Notes: generated by a model from the sequence alone, not told the origin. A stretch of 64,000 nucleotides of DNA from an uncultured delta proteobacterium (GCA_963737265.1 CAVTRY010000010.1:1-64000); one strand, 5' to 3'; counted from the first letter of the stretch, positions 1-12,631 are shown. Numbers and translations: made by a program.

Positions 1-1
1 T

Positions 2-1184
<1,183 letters not shown>

Positions 1185-1268
1185 TGTTGATGGCGGTGGG
1201 TGAGTGGGCCATTTTGGCGGGGCCAGTGTGGACCACGCCGCCAACGCTCGATGGCGGTGAATGGACCA
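1185..1268 (+). repeat. IS21 left end: terminal TG plus three subterminal repeats
   Basis: TGGCGGTGGGTGAGTGGGCCA (1191), TGGCGGGGCCAGTGTGGACCA (1215), TGGCGGTGAATGGACCA (1252). Confidence 0.7.
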
Positions 1269-1606
1269 GTCCGGCGGCGAGGACCTCGCACAGGTAGGAG
1301 TGCTCCGGTCATTTTGGAGGTGCCTATTCCTCGGTGAAATAGGCGTGCCAGAATGGGCAGCACCAAGGGCAAGGCACCAACTGGTTTCAAGAAGGGATCA
1401 GTAGCGCCACAACCGCGCCCGCCCATGGCGGGGAAAAGACATCCAGGAGAACGGGCTGGCGGGCCCGCCAGCGTTTTCTCCGGCACCCGATACAAGAGAC
1501 ACAGCTTTTGATAGAGTGTTGAGTTTCCACTGATCCGGATATCGGTGCCCCGGAGAGGAGTGACAATCCCCTCCAGGGCCTGAGCTTCTGGGAGCAAGCA
1601 CCTCCC

Positions 1607-2142
1607 ATGGGCCCTCACGAGAATGCGACAAGGCAGGGCGAAAGGCAAGCGGCCCGCACTCGGAAACGGTCGTCTCAGCCGGCCGCGGACCCGCGGGTGC
1701 CTGTTGAAGGGATGCCAACAGCGGTTTCGCCCAGGACATGCGCGGCAGCGGTATTGCAGCGCTGGCTGCCGTGAGGGGGCGCGCACCTGGTCGGAGTGGA
1801 AGGCGCGGCAGACCTACCGGCGCACAGCGGCGTGCAAACGGAAGCGGAGCGAGCAAAGCCGGCGCTACCGGGAGCGCGTCAAAGAGCGAAAACCACCAGA
1901 GAAAGAGGCGGTTCCGGAGGCTGCGAGGGTCATCACTAAGAAGTTTTTTCGACGGCTGCTGCGACCGGCCGGGCTGCTACGAATGCTTTGTGCGCTCGCC
2001 GCGATCGCCGCTACAACGGTTCTGCTCGCCGGCGTGCCAGCGTGCGATGGAGCGGGTCTGGGAACGAGAGCGGCGCTGGCACAGGAGGTGCGCCAGGCGC
2101 CAGCCTCTTCCTGGCAGGTGGCCCCGACAGCGGCTGCCGTGA
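1607..2142 (+). CDS. Basic protein with two Cys4 (Zn-finger-like) modules; frameshifts ~1670 and ~1945
   Basis: CLLKGC-x13-CSAGC in ORF 1623 and the homologous CDRPGC-x15-CSPAC in ORF 1738, each followed by an Arg-rich helix. Probable start at ATG 1607. Confidence 0.6.
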
Positions 2143-2175
2143 GCGCGCGTCTTACCCGGAGATGAGCTTGCCATA

Positions 2176-3126
2176 TTGATCGGACCCCGGTACTGCGCTT
2201 ACATTCAGCCTGTGCTGCGTTGGGCCACCGAGAACGTGCTGGAGCTGGAATGCCGGGCCATCGGCGAACACTACGGCCGCTATCGCCTGCATCTGCCGGA
2301 GGCGGAGCGTGCCATGGCGCGGTCGCTGGAGCGCTACGGGCAGTTGTCGCCTGTGGTGGTGTGCGAGCGCGAGCAACGCTACGAGCTCATCGACGGGTTC
2401 AAGCGGCTGGGCGCAGCACGTACGGCACACATCTCCCATCTGTCGGCGCGGCTGTTAGAGGCCGATGAGCGCACGGCCAAGGCGGCTATCTACGGGCTCA
2501 ATCGCGCCGGAGGCCGCACGCGGGAACTGGAAGAAGCCTGGATCATTCAGGCGTTGGTGCGGGAAGACGGGATGAGCCAGGTGGAGGTAGCGGAACTGTT
2601 GGGGCGCCACAAGAGTTGGGTGTGCCGCCGGCTGGCGCTGATCGAGCGGTTGGGACCCAAGGCGAAAGACGAACTGCGCGTCGGCCTGTTGTCGCCCACC
2701 GCCGCGCGGCAGGTCGTGCGGTTGCCGGAGGGCAACCAGGCCGAAGTCCTGGAGGCGATCCGGCGGGAGGCGCTGACAACCGCGGAGTTGGCCGGCGTGG
2801 TGGATCTGTGGCTCCGATGCTCCGAACGGCGCCAGCAAGAGTATCTGTTGCAGCATCCGCGCGAAGCGCTATCGCAGGCCAAGGGAGCACTCCCGGCGGT
2901 ACGCGATCCGCGCCTGAGCGAAGCCGGAAACCAGGTATGGAAACGGGTCGGGCTGCTGCTGGATGTGCTGGGCCGCATGGAGGTGTGGCTGGCGCACCAG
3001 GGTCGTACGGGACTCACGCCACAAGATCGCGTGATCCTGACGCCCCGTTTCCAGAAGTTGGCGCGGGATGCGGGATCGGTGGCGGCGCTGAGCCAGGACT
3101 TCGTCGCCGAACTGGAGCAGACATGA
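2176..3126 (+). CDS. ParB/RepB/Spo0J-like protein (ParB N-terminal domain + HTH); start may be GTG ~2236
   Basis: [16 protein letters not shown] (ParB box-like), GLNR, and [25 protein letters not shown]. Stop codon overlaps the istA start (ATGA). Confidence 0.85.
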   Translation: MIGPRYCAYIQPVLRWATENVLELECRAIGEHYGRYRLHLPEAERAMARSLERYGQLSPVVVCEREQRYELIDGFKRLGAARTAHISHLSARLLEADERTAKAAIYGLNRAGGRTRELEEAWIIQALVREDGMSQVEVAELLGRHKSWVCRRLALIERLGPKAKDELRVGLLSPTAARQVVRLPEGNQAEVLEAIRREALTTAELAGVVDLWLRCSERRQQEYLLQHPREALSQAKGALPAVRDPRLSEAGNQVWKRVGLLLDVLGRMEVWLAHQGRTGLTPQDRVILTPRFQKLARDAGSVAALSQDFVAELEQT

Positions 3127-4447
3127 ACGAGTCCACGCGCAACGAGATCGTCCGGTTGCATTATGGAGGCACTTCGCAGCGCCGCATTGCGCGTCTGCTG
3201 GGTATCGACCGCAAGAGCGTGGCGGCGGTGCTGGCGGGTCTCGAGAATCGCCGCACGGGCGCCGTCGAGAAAGAGCGCGTACGTCGGCCCAGCCTGCTGG
3301 ACCCGTTTGCGGATCAGATCACGCAACTGCTGGAACGTTATCCCCAGCTCACCGCCGTGCGGCTGCACGAGGAACTGCGCCGGTTAGGGTTCCAAGGACG
3401 ATATACCATTGTGCGCGAATGGCTGCGCAGGCTCCGCCCGCATCCGCCGAAACCACCGGTCGAGCGATTTGAAACGGCTCCGGGGCTGCAATCGCAGATG
3501 GACTACTCGCCCTACGAGATCGCCTTCACCGTCGAAGGCCGGCGCCGCGTGCACGCCTTCAGTTATATCCTGGCTTATTCGCGCCGCCAGTATGTCCGGT
3601 TCGTGGAAAGGCAGGACTTTGCCACCACGATCCGCGAACACGTCCGCGCGTTTGAGTACTTGGGTGGCCTGGCCGCCACGTGTCTGTACGACAACATGAA
3701 AGTCGTGGTGACCGGTTATGACGGCGATCAGCCGATTTACAACACCCGCTTTCTGGCCTTCGCCACTTACTATGGCTTTCAACCCTGGGCTTGCCGTCCG
3801 CATCGTCCGCAAACGAAGGGTAAGATTGAACGGCCTTTTTCGTATATTGCGCAAAACCTGCTCAACGGCCGAACGTTCACTTCCCTGGAGCACTTGAATG
3901 AGGTCACGGCGCAATGGCTGGCCCAGACTGCCGATGTGCGCTTCCATCACGAGATCAAGGCCCGGCCCATCGACCGGTTCCAGGAAGAGAAACCGCACCT
4001 GCTGAGCTTGCCCGCCAGACCCTACGATACCGCTCAGGTCCTCTACCGGACCGTCAACAGTGAAGGCCATGTGATGTACCGGCAGAACTTTTACTCCGTG
4101 CCCTGGCAGCGAATCGGCGAACTGCTGCCGTTGCGCATCACCGAGAAAGAGCTGATCATCTACGGTCCCGATGTGCGTGAGATCGCCCGCCATGAACTTT
4201 ACGCTTCCGGGATCGCCGGAGAGAAACACAGTCTGCCGGAACATGCTCCGGGACGCGATCACCAACAGAAATACGAACTGCTGAAGGAGCGCTTCGCCGA
4301 GTTCGGGCCACACGGAGTGGCGTTTTTCGACGAACTGATCCGCACCCGCCGCTGCGGGAAAAACGAGGCGGCACGCGTCCTGGGCCTGCTGGCCACCTAT
4401 CACCGCGATGACCTGGCGCGAGCGCTGGAACGAGCCGTCCGGTACCT
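3123..4447 (+). CDS. istA: IS21-family transposase IstA, 3' truncated at the junction
   Basis: N-terminal HTH ([16 protein letters not shown]), [24 protein letters not shown], and Mu-like C-terminal YSVP. ATG 3123 is in frame with ORF 2616. Confidence 0.92.
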
Positions 4448-5131
4448 CAGAGCGGCGGCGGCGATATGCATGCTCTCGCGGCGATCATAGAATGCGAGCG
4501 ATTCATCGACGGAGGAGCCCGCCACGGAGATGCGCTTTGCGGGCTTTGCAAGCTCAGCACCCTGGCGGTGAACCTGGTGACAGGTCATGCACGGCATGGT
4601 GGGCTGATCGGCGAAATGCGCGCGGGCGATGCGCCACGGGCCCTGCGTGTTCTGCGGCTCGACGAGATCACGGATAGAGCCATTGAAGTGCATTCCGTGG
4701 CAGCGCAGGCAGTCGTCCATGAGGCGGCGCTTGGTGTTGTGGACGGGGTCTGCAAAGATCTGCTGATACGTAGCGCTGTGGGGGCCGACGTGCCAGCTCG
4801 CGTACTCCTTCTGGTGACAGCTTTGGCAGTTCGACGTCATGGCGAGCACATCGACGTCGCGCAAGCGGATGGACTCAGGAACGGGGCCGAAGATGTGCAC
4901 GCGGATATGGCGCAGCTTGGTCTTGAGGCTGGCTTCATGGCACTGCATGCAGCCGACGGTGCGATGTTGTGAGCCATGCACCGCGGTGACCAGCGAGGCC
5001 ATCTCGTGACAACTTGCGCAACCCTGGCCGCGCTGCGATGTATAGTAGGCTGACGCACCGTAGATGCCGCCAGCGGCAAGCAGAACCAAAAGCAAAATCG
5101 CAATTGCAGCAACACGCAAAACTCGCTTCAT
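4448..5131 (-). CDS. Membrane-anchored multiheme c-type cytochrome, 3' truncated
   Basis: N-terminal TM helix and five CxxCH motifs (CASCH, CMQCH, CQSCH, CLRCH, CMTCH). Confidence 0.88.
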
Positions 5132-6782
5132 GACCGGAATCCCGTGCCCTTCCAGTTCTTAACCAGCGCACTCGAGGCGTAAGTAGGCAACGGCCATAAT
5201 GGTGAGCGCCGGATTGAAGCCGCCGTTGGTGACGTGCACGCTGGAATCGATGACAAAGACGTTGTCCACGTCGTGAAGCTGGCACTCGCGGTTGACGACG
5301 GAGTTGCTGCGGATCGTTGCCCATGCGGCATGTGCCGGCCTGATGCTGGCCCGCCGACACGACTTCAGGGATTCCGCCCATGAGCGAGGTGCTGGCGGCT
5401 CCAGCCTCTTTGAGCCACGCTTCTGCGCGCCGAGCCTGCACCGCCCCGATTTCAAAAGTGTGCGGGTGGACATTGCCGGAGATGCGGACGACCGGCATCT
5501 CCCACTTGTCGCGCACCACTGGATCGAGGGTGACACGAGCATCCGCCATGGGAATCTGCTGGGTTGGCCCCATCACGGCAATGTTGCGTTTGTAAAAGCG
5601 GCGCATGGCCTGCTTGTGGCCGATTCCCCAGCGCGGCGTGCCCTTGGGCATGCGATCGACCATCTGGATGGGCAGACGGATGAACTCGTTAGCCAGCATG
5701 CCGCCGCCGCAGAGACCGGGCGTGCCGTGGTTGTAATCGCTGATGGCGATGCTGGCGCCGGGACCGAGGTCGTCGTAGGTCTCGTCGTCGAAGTAGCCGA
5801 TGGCTCCGGAATAGTAGTGACCTTGAAGATTTCTGCCAACCTGATCGTAGCGATTGCCGAGGCCGTCGGGAAAGAGCTTGCTTTTCGAGTTGAGGAGGAG
5901 CCGCGCGGATTCCGTGGCCCCGCCGGACACGATGACCATATCGGCGAGCTGCTCCTGCAGATGACCACGCTCATCGAAGTAGGTGACGCCGCGGGCCCGT
6001 CCACGCTCGTCAGTAAGGATTTCCTTGGTAAAGCACTCGGTGCGCAACTCGCAATTGCCGGTGTTGAGGGCCACGGGGATTACGGTGTTATGCGAGCCGT
6101 TTTTGGCGTCGACCTCGCAGGCAAAGCCAACGCACCAGCGACAGCGCATACATGGACCGCGGCCGTTGTAAGGGACGCTGTTGCGGGCCATGGGAATGTG
6201 GAAGGGATGCAGGCCAAGACGTTTTGCGGCAGGCTCAAGGATGCCGAACTCGCGATTGGGCGGCAATGGCGGCATGGGCAAGCCGCGCCGGCGAGGAGCG
6301 TGGAAGGGGTTGGCGGAATAGTCGCCGGAAACACCGATCTCGTATTCGGCCTGATCGTAGAAAGGCTCCAGGTCGTCATAAGAGATGGGCCAGTCTTCAA
6401 GGGAGCTGCCGGCAGGCGCTCCATAGGTAGTGCGCATCCTGAAGTCCTGGGGCATGAAGCGCCAGGCTTGCGCTCCCCAGCTGAGCGTTCCACCACCGAC
6501 GCATGCCGCATCGTTTGAATAGGCTCCGTCGCTGGGCAGGACGATATGTTCGCCGCCCTTGGCATCGACCCACACACGTGGATTGCCGTCGTCGTCGGGG
6601 CCGAAGGCGTTGCCAAGTTGCGTGGTGCGCTGATTGCGCAGATCGTCTTTGCGACAGTCGTTGGCTGTGTACCACTTGCCGCGCTCCAGCAAAACCACAC
6701 TCAGACCGGCAGTGGAAAGCTGCTTGGCGACGACGCCTCCGGCGGCTCCGGCTCCCACCACCACTGCGTTGACGCGCTTCAT
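5128..6782 (-). CDS. GMC-family flavoprotein oxidoreductase (gluconate 2-dehydrogenase-like); frameshifts near 3' end
   Basis: VVVGAGAAG FAD motif, VGGGT, C-x2-C-x2-C-x3-C cluster, HQAGTCRMG. The C-terminus (DSSVHVTNGGFNPALTIMA...[10 protein letters not shown]) lies in alternate frames. Confidence 0.92.
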
Positions 6783-7318
6783 TGGGCCGGTTCCTTTCTG
6801 AGGTCGAACTGGGCGCGGCCTTCGAGTGGCGGATCGTCAAGGCCCAGCATCTTCCAGCTCAGTTCGTCGCGATTTCCGCCATGGCGCGGCGAACCGTAGT
6901 AGCCCTCGAGGGTGTGGGTGCGTACCAGATCGAAGAATTTGTGATTTTCCTGCTCGATTCCGGTGACGACGGCCAATTGATCCTGGGTTGGGAGTGCGGA
7001 GATTTCTTTGCCGAAGCGATTTCTGCTCGCCGTCTCGGCCTGAGCCAGGCCATCGCGATAGGCATCCTGATGACGGCTGTAGTGACGGGCTAGTTGGCGG
7101 TCGATGTAAGTCAGCACGCCGGCCTGCGAAGCGCTGGGAAAGTCGTCGGCAGGGACAATCTGGTCGCAGATGGCCTGGAGGGTGCGGGCCTGGTTTTCGG
7201 AGAGGAAATCCCAATCGGCAGATGGGTGTGCGTTACAACCGATGGCCGCGGCGGCGCCTCCGATTGCGCTGACCGCGACAAACTGACGGCGGGTTACACG
7301 GCCTTTTACGGTTTGCAT
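6779..7318 (-). CDS. Gluconate 2-dehydrogenase subunit 3 family protein with Tat signal
   Basis: TRRQFV twin-arginine signal, CDQIVP, GVLTYID, EGYYGSPRHGGNRD. Stop overlaps the GMC start. Confidence 0.88.
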   Translation of the reverse strand: MQTVKGRVTRRQFVAVSAIGGAAAAIGCNAHPSADWDFLSENQARTLQAICDQIVPADDFPSASQAGVLTYIDRQLARHYSRHQDAYRDGLAQAETASRNRFGKEISALPTQDQLAVVTGIEQENHKFFDLVRTHTLEGYYGSPRHGGNRDELSWKMLGLDDPPLEGRAQFDLRKEPAQ

Positions 7319-7463
7319 GCGCTGCGCCCTCCGTCGGCATGCTGGCCCGTACGTCTGGTCCAGATGCAATGCGACGAGGATACTATCCGACCCATCTTTT
7401 ATGTACAGACCGGGTTTGGTATGTAGCGCGCATCACGTTGAGAGGGATTGGTCCTGCAATTAG

Positions 7464-7496
7464 AAAGGGCCATTCCGGTGAGGAATGGCCCTTTTT
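7464..7496. terminator. Intrinsic terminator hairpin
   Basis: AAAGGGCCATTCC-GGTGA-GGAATGGCCCTTT followed by TT, just after the stop of the gene ending at 7531. Confidence 0.75.
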
Positions 7497-7530
7497 CAAC
7501 TAACTCGGAGTTGCTGGACTCGTGGCGGGG

Positions 7531-9049
7531 CTACGGCAGCAGTTGGCAAGCTGCCAAAGTTGCGGCGTTTGCTGCTCCGGGGAGGTAGCAAGGTTGGCCG
7601 TATCCAGGGACGCGGCTGGAAGTGTTGGCATTTCCCTGGGTCCCGTTTTGAGTGGTCACGCGAGCATCGACTACGTTGCCTTCAACCAGAACCGTGGTAT
7701 CGACAATGTCAAGATCGGTACGGATGATGGTGACAAACGGGCTGTCAGGCGAGGCGGCATACACCTTGCCGTATAGCGAGTTCTGGGTTGAAACAACCGT
7801 GCGCGGATGGCCGTTGACCGGAACCGTCTTCTCCACGGTATGGCTGGAAAGATTGACGATGGTTACGGTGCCATCGGTTTGATTGGCGGTATAGGCGCGG
7901 CTGCCGTCGGTGAGAACTGTGACGCTGGAGGGATTGTTGCCCACGGGAATGGTAAACGTGGTGCCGAAGGTGGCGCTGTCGTTGCCATAGATCGTCGAGG
8001 CTGACGTCAATGACAGTGATGGAGTTGCCATCGTAATTGGCCACAATCAACTGATTGGTGGCCTGGTTGTATTCGGCGTATACCGGGCCGGCGGGACGCG
8101 TGGTCATGCCGCTGGTCCCATTGGGAGGGGTGACGCCCGTAGCTTTGACTGCTCCGAGTGAAAGTGGCAGAACCGGATGGCAGGTGACGGTCTGCCCCGA
8201 TCTGATTGACGAAACGGCGTGCAGGTATTCAGCGTGTTGTTCTGGCTGTTGATCACCGTAACGGTGTCATCGCCGCGGTTAAGCACGAAGAGGCGTCTGG
8301 AGTCCGGCGTCTGGACGGCATAAACAGGGCACTTGCCCAGGGGAATTTGTGCGGAAACTGTCAGGCTGGAATTCTCAACCGCATCCGCTTCGCCGTCTGG
8401 CGCGGTTGAAGGCGAGAGGTTGCAGGCAACCGGGCCGGCAACGTTGCCACCCTGGCTGTTGCCCTGGCTGATGACGTAGTTGCGCTGCCCGATTTGCATT
8501 GGCCCCGACGATTGTGACCGGCGTAGGCGCCACGGGAATAGCAATCTTGAAGGACTGCGGGAAAACCATTGAACACATCAACGTTATTCCCGTTCAGATC
8601 GGCGGCATACATAGCCCGGAAGATGGCGTGAACAGGTTTACCGGATGCGAGGTAGTCGCAAGCGTGGTGTAGGTAACAGTCTTGGACTGCAGGTTATTGC
8701 TGATGGGGAAGTTGGTCAGGGTGCCGTCGCTGTTGATGGTATAGCCGGTGGCGCCCAGACTCGTCCATGGTGAAGGTGGTGGGGCCAGGGCCGATAGGTG
8801 GCCTGGGCCAACGACGGTGTCGCCCGAGTAGTCGATGATCGTGACGATGCCAGGCGTAGTGGGCGCAGGAGAGGAAACCACAACCGCGTAGGACTGCGGC
8901 TGCGCGGCGGGACCGGTGGTATTGATGGGCGTAACCACCGGCCGATAGGCCGAGCCGCAGCCGGCAACCAGGGCCACAGCCGAAAATACAGCGCCCGCCT
9001 GAACCAATCGCGTGCGCGCCTGGCCTGAAATCATTAGAAGAAGCCTCAT
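7531..9049 (-). CDS. YncE/YVTN-type beta-propeller lipoprotein; several frameshifts
   Basis: Lipobox VAGC. Repeated PVG.NP / DGSRAYTAN / DSRRLFVLN-type blades are spread over ORFs 8594, 8104, 7745 and 7531. Confidence 0.75.
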
Positions 9050-9209
9050 TCAGAACTTTCCTGCGAGTTACTTAGTGATTGTAAATCAGGCAACTGGGTG
9101 TTTGACGCAGCAGCGATGTGGAAGGGTATCGGAGGCGAACAAGGCGCAGATCTTTGCCTCGTTTTCCACGTCGCAACATCTGTCGGAATCTGCCTGGACA
9201 GCGCCTCGA

Positions 9210-11598
9210 TCAACGCCCAACGACTTCGACAATTGAGCTGTCGGGCGCGGTCCAGGCGAGGCTTCCATTATGGGTTAACGAGTGATTTCCATCATCCCAA
9301 TGAAGCCGGGTCATGGCGCCTGCGCCATTCTCATAGGCGTAGGTATTGCCGTCGTCGGAAAAGAGCGTGAAGTCGGCATCCGCGCCGGGGTAGACACGGA
9401 CCTTGTCGATCGCCTGCGGCTGATGCGTGCTTTCAACGGGCGCGCCCAGCGGCAGGATGGATCCCGCGCGCACGAAACAGCGGAATGGTGTCGATGGGCG
9501 CGGCGACGGTGATGGTCTGGCCCGCCCTTCACGCGCTCATCGGTCCAGTAGTTGTACCAGTCGGCACCCGCGGGCAGGTAGACTTCGCGGCTGGTGGCTC
9601 CCTGCTCGGTGACCGGCGCAACCAGGAACGCCGGGCCGAACATGTATTCGTCGCGCAGATCGGCGACCTTGGGGTCATTGGGAAAATCAAGCGGCAAGCG
9701 CGCGCATGAACGGTGCGCCGGTCTGCCAGGTCTTGTAGCCGAGCGAGTAGATATAAGGCATCAGCTGTGTAGCGCAGGCGCAGATATTTTTCCAGGATCG
9801 GCTCGGCCTGCTTGCCATACGACCAGACTTCGTTATTGGGCCGGCTGCCGTGGGTGCGGAAGATGGGCAGGAACGTGGCGTACTGGAACCAGCGCGTATA
9901 GAGCTCGGGGTAATCATCGTAGCCGCCCACATTGGCGCGCGCATCAGAGGGGTCGAGCAGCGGCGGGTGGGCGGGGTGGTGCTCGGGTGGCAAGTACTGC
10001 CAGCCGCCCGTGTCGTTTGACCAGTAGGCGATGCCGGAGGCGGCGAAGTCGAGGCCGGTGGGAATCTGGCGCTTGAGCGTGTCCCAGGTGGGATAGATGT
10101 CGGACGACCAGAAGATGGCCCCATTGTGCTGCGCGCCGATGTAGGCGTCGCGGGAGAGGATGAGCGCGCGCCGGCCCGGCTCGTCTTTGCGGAAGCCGTC
10201 GTAGAGCGCCGCGGTGTGGAAGAGCGGATAGACGTTGAAAAACTGCGATCCCGGGCCGATGTGGAAGTAGGCGCCGTTGGGGGGCAGGTCGGGCTCGGTT
10301 TCGTCGGCCCACAGAGAATCGAATCCCTTGCTGAGAATGTTGTCGCGGATGGTCTTCCAGTACCAGACTGCCGCTTCGGGGTTGGTGGTGTCGATGTCGG
10401 AACCGGCGCGGTCGTACGGCAGTCCGTCGATGGGCGTTCCGTCGGCGAGGTGGATGAGCCAGCCTTTCTCGCGCAACTCAGCGTAGAAGCGGTCTTCGGG
10501 CACAAAGCGCGGCCAGACGCTGATCATGGTTTCAAAGCCCATGTCATGGAGTTGCTTGTTCATGGCCGCTGGATCGGGCCAGAATTTGGGATCCAAGTCC
10601 ATCTGGCCCATCTTGGTGTAGTAGAACCAGTCGACCACCATCACGTCGGCGGGAAGATGGCGATCGCGATAGCCCTGGGCAACGGCGAGCACTTCTTCCT
10701 GGCTGGCGTAGCGCTGCTTGCACTGAATGTATCCATAAGCCGCCTTGGGCAACATGGGCGTGGGACCGGTAAGCAGCCGGTAGCCGGCGTAAATCTCGTC
10801 GGCGGTGTTGCCGGCGATCACGAAGAACGAAACCCGGTCGCCAACTTCCGAGGTCCAGCGGGTCTGCTCATTGAAGCCCGGCGCGATGGTGGTCTTGGAA
10901 GGGTTGTCCCACACCAGGCCATAGCCTTTGTTTGTGACCAGGAAAGGCACGCAGACGCTGGGAGCGGCAGGCGCGGTGTAGTCGTGCCAGCAGTGGACGG
11001 GATGGCCGCGATGGTCGAGGAAGCCTTCATGGTTCTCGCCGAGGCCGTAGTAGTGCTCATCATCCGGAGAGACGAATGTGGCGCCGACGACGTAGAACTC
11101 GGGATCGGACGGGCGGCGGTCGAGAGCGACCTCCGCAGTGCCGTCTTTGTGATTGGGGACCGATTGCGACCAGTCCGTCATTTCCAGCAGCTTTTTGCCT
11201 TCAGGGGTGCGGAGGGTGATGTGTGCACCCGGCGTGGACCCATTGAAGTACTTGGCGATGTCGCGCTCGGTTTGGAGCGGCGGACGAGCGGGCGGCAAAT
11301 CCTTGTCGACGGTGGCGATGATGCGGGAGGACTGGTAGACGTCGGCTTGTGGAGTTTGCGACGCTGACCAGCCGTTGGCTGCGGGTGCGGCTATGAGGCC
11401 GTAGCCCGGGCCAGCGAGCGCTGATTGCTTGTGCAGGCTCAGGGTGACGCGCAGGATATTGTCGGCGTAGGGCTCGAGAACAATCGTCTGGCCGGTGCGA
11501 TCGAGTTCCAGGCGCTGTGAAGGCATTTGAGCGGCAGAAAGAGCGGCGCATCCGGCGAAGGCCAGAACCGGGGCTAGAAGCAGAGAAAACCTTTTCAT
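9210..11598 (-). CDS. Glycoside hydrolase family 31 (alpha-xylosidase/glucosidase-like); frameshifts near 3' end
   Basis: Signal peptide, YYGLG, WADETEP nucleophile region, WSSD, WSNDTGG, RTHG. C-terminal DEYMFGPAFLVAPV and RAGSILP lie in other frames. Confidence 0.92.
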
Positions 11599-11743
11599 CT
11601 CGAACTCCGTACGAGTGGTTTGAACCGGAGAATTGGCTGCGCAGATGAGTGTAAATGGATGGGGCGGCGGTGTGTTGGCGAGACCGAGATCGCGTGTGAC
11701 GAGGAATTGGCGGGATCGCGCGGTACGATGAAGCGGGGGTCGA

Positions 11744-12631
11744 ATGAGGCCGGCAAAGTTGGCTTGGCAATCGAAGCTGGTGTTGCTGCTGGTGCTACCG
11801 TTTGCCGCGGCCTACGTGGTGTTGCAAACGCGCTGGTGGTCAATGCAGGCCGCGCCGGTAGCCATCTGGACGTTAGGCCTGAGCCTGATCCTGGCGCTTG
11901 TAGTGCTCAAGGTTCGAGCTGCTACCCCGGGCGGCGCGTTTGCCGGGTTTGCGATCACGGCCAGCCTCATGTATTCAACGGTGACGTTTCCCTATTTGCC
12001 ATGGGAGACGGCGCTGGTACCCACGCTTGCTGTTTCGTTGCTGGCGTTCTTGGCCACCAGGCTGGGCAGGCAAAAGAAGGAACGGCTGGGAATAGCCGAA
12101 AAGCGCCATGGCCGGACAGCGGCCCAAGTTGCTGCAAACCTGGGCGTGGCCATGATTGCCTCATCCTCCTTCGTTCAAACCTGGCTCATCAACACGGCGA
12201 TGTTCGGCCCGCAAAACGGGATCGCGCTGCCCCCGGTCTTCGCGCCGGTACTCGCAGCGCTGGCCGAGGCTGCCGCGGACACGGTGTCTTCAGAAGTTGG
12301 GCAGGTTCTGGGTGGTCAGCCGCGCATGATCACGACGTTCCGGAAGACCGATCCCGGGACCGACGGAGCCATTAGCCTGATTGGAACCCTGGCCGGGATG
12401 GTTGCTGCCGCGATCGTCGCCGGAGTGGGCACGATGGCCCTGCGCGGCGACTTGAGGATGTTCTGGATCAGCACCGCGGGCGGCGTGTTTGGGCTGTTCT
12501 TCGATAGCTTGCTGGGGGCGCTGCTGGAGCGCCGTCGCTGGCTCAACAACGATGCGGTGAACTTTTTGTCGACGGCCAGTGCTGCGGGGTTTGCGCTGGT
12601 GGTGTTGGCGGTGGTGCCGGGAACTTCTTGA
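11744..12631 (+). CDS. DUF92 (TMEM19-like) membrane protein
   Basis: RTAAQVAAN, AEAAADTVSSEVG, PGTDGAISLIGTLAG, DSLLGA, NNDAVNFL. Confidence 0.88.
   Translation: MRPAKLAWQSKLVLLLVLPFAAAYVVLQTRWWSMQAAPVAIWTLGLSLILALVVLKVRAATPGGAFAGFAITASLMYSTVTFPYLPWETALVPTLAVSLLAFLATRLGRQKKERLGIAEKRHGRTAAQVAANLGVAMIASSSFVQTWLINTAMFGPQNGIALPPVFAPVLAALAEAAADTVSSEVGQVLGGQPRMITTFRKTDPGTDGAISLIGTLAGMVAAAIVAGVGTMALRGDLRMFWISTAGGVFGLFFDSLLGALLERRRWLNNDAVNFLSTASAAGFALVVLAVVPGTS

Larger units (their letters stand above)
1185..4447 (+). mobile_element. IS21-family element with accessory Cys4-motif and ParB-like genes; truncated (no istB or right end)
   Basis: Begins TGTTGATGGCGG, followed by repeated TGGCGG...TGG(G/A)CCA units typical of IS21 ends. 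Contains an IstA-like DDE transposase. Confidence 0.8.

Noticed and set aside
2616-3122. 169-aa N-terminal extension of IstA in the ORF track
   Set aside because: It overlaps the ParB-like gene in another frame. The ATGA-coupled start at 3123 gives a normal IstA N-terminus.
4400-4490. Overlapping convergent C-termini of istA and the cytochrome
   Set aside because: Both tails are read-through across the junction, not real protein sequence.
5292-11367. Long antisense ORFs (e.g. 5292-6518 and 10126-11367)
   Set aside because: Shadow frames of GC-rich genes with no motifs of their own.
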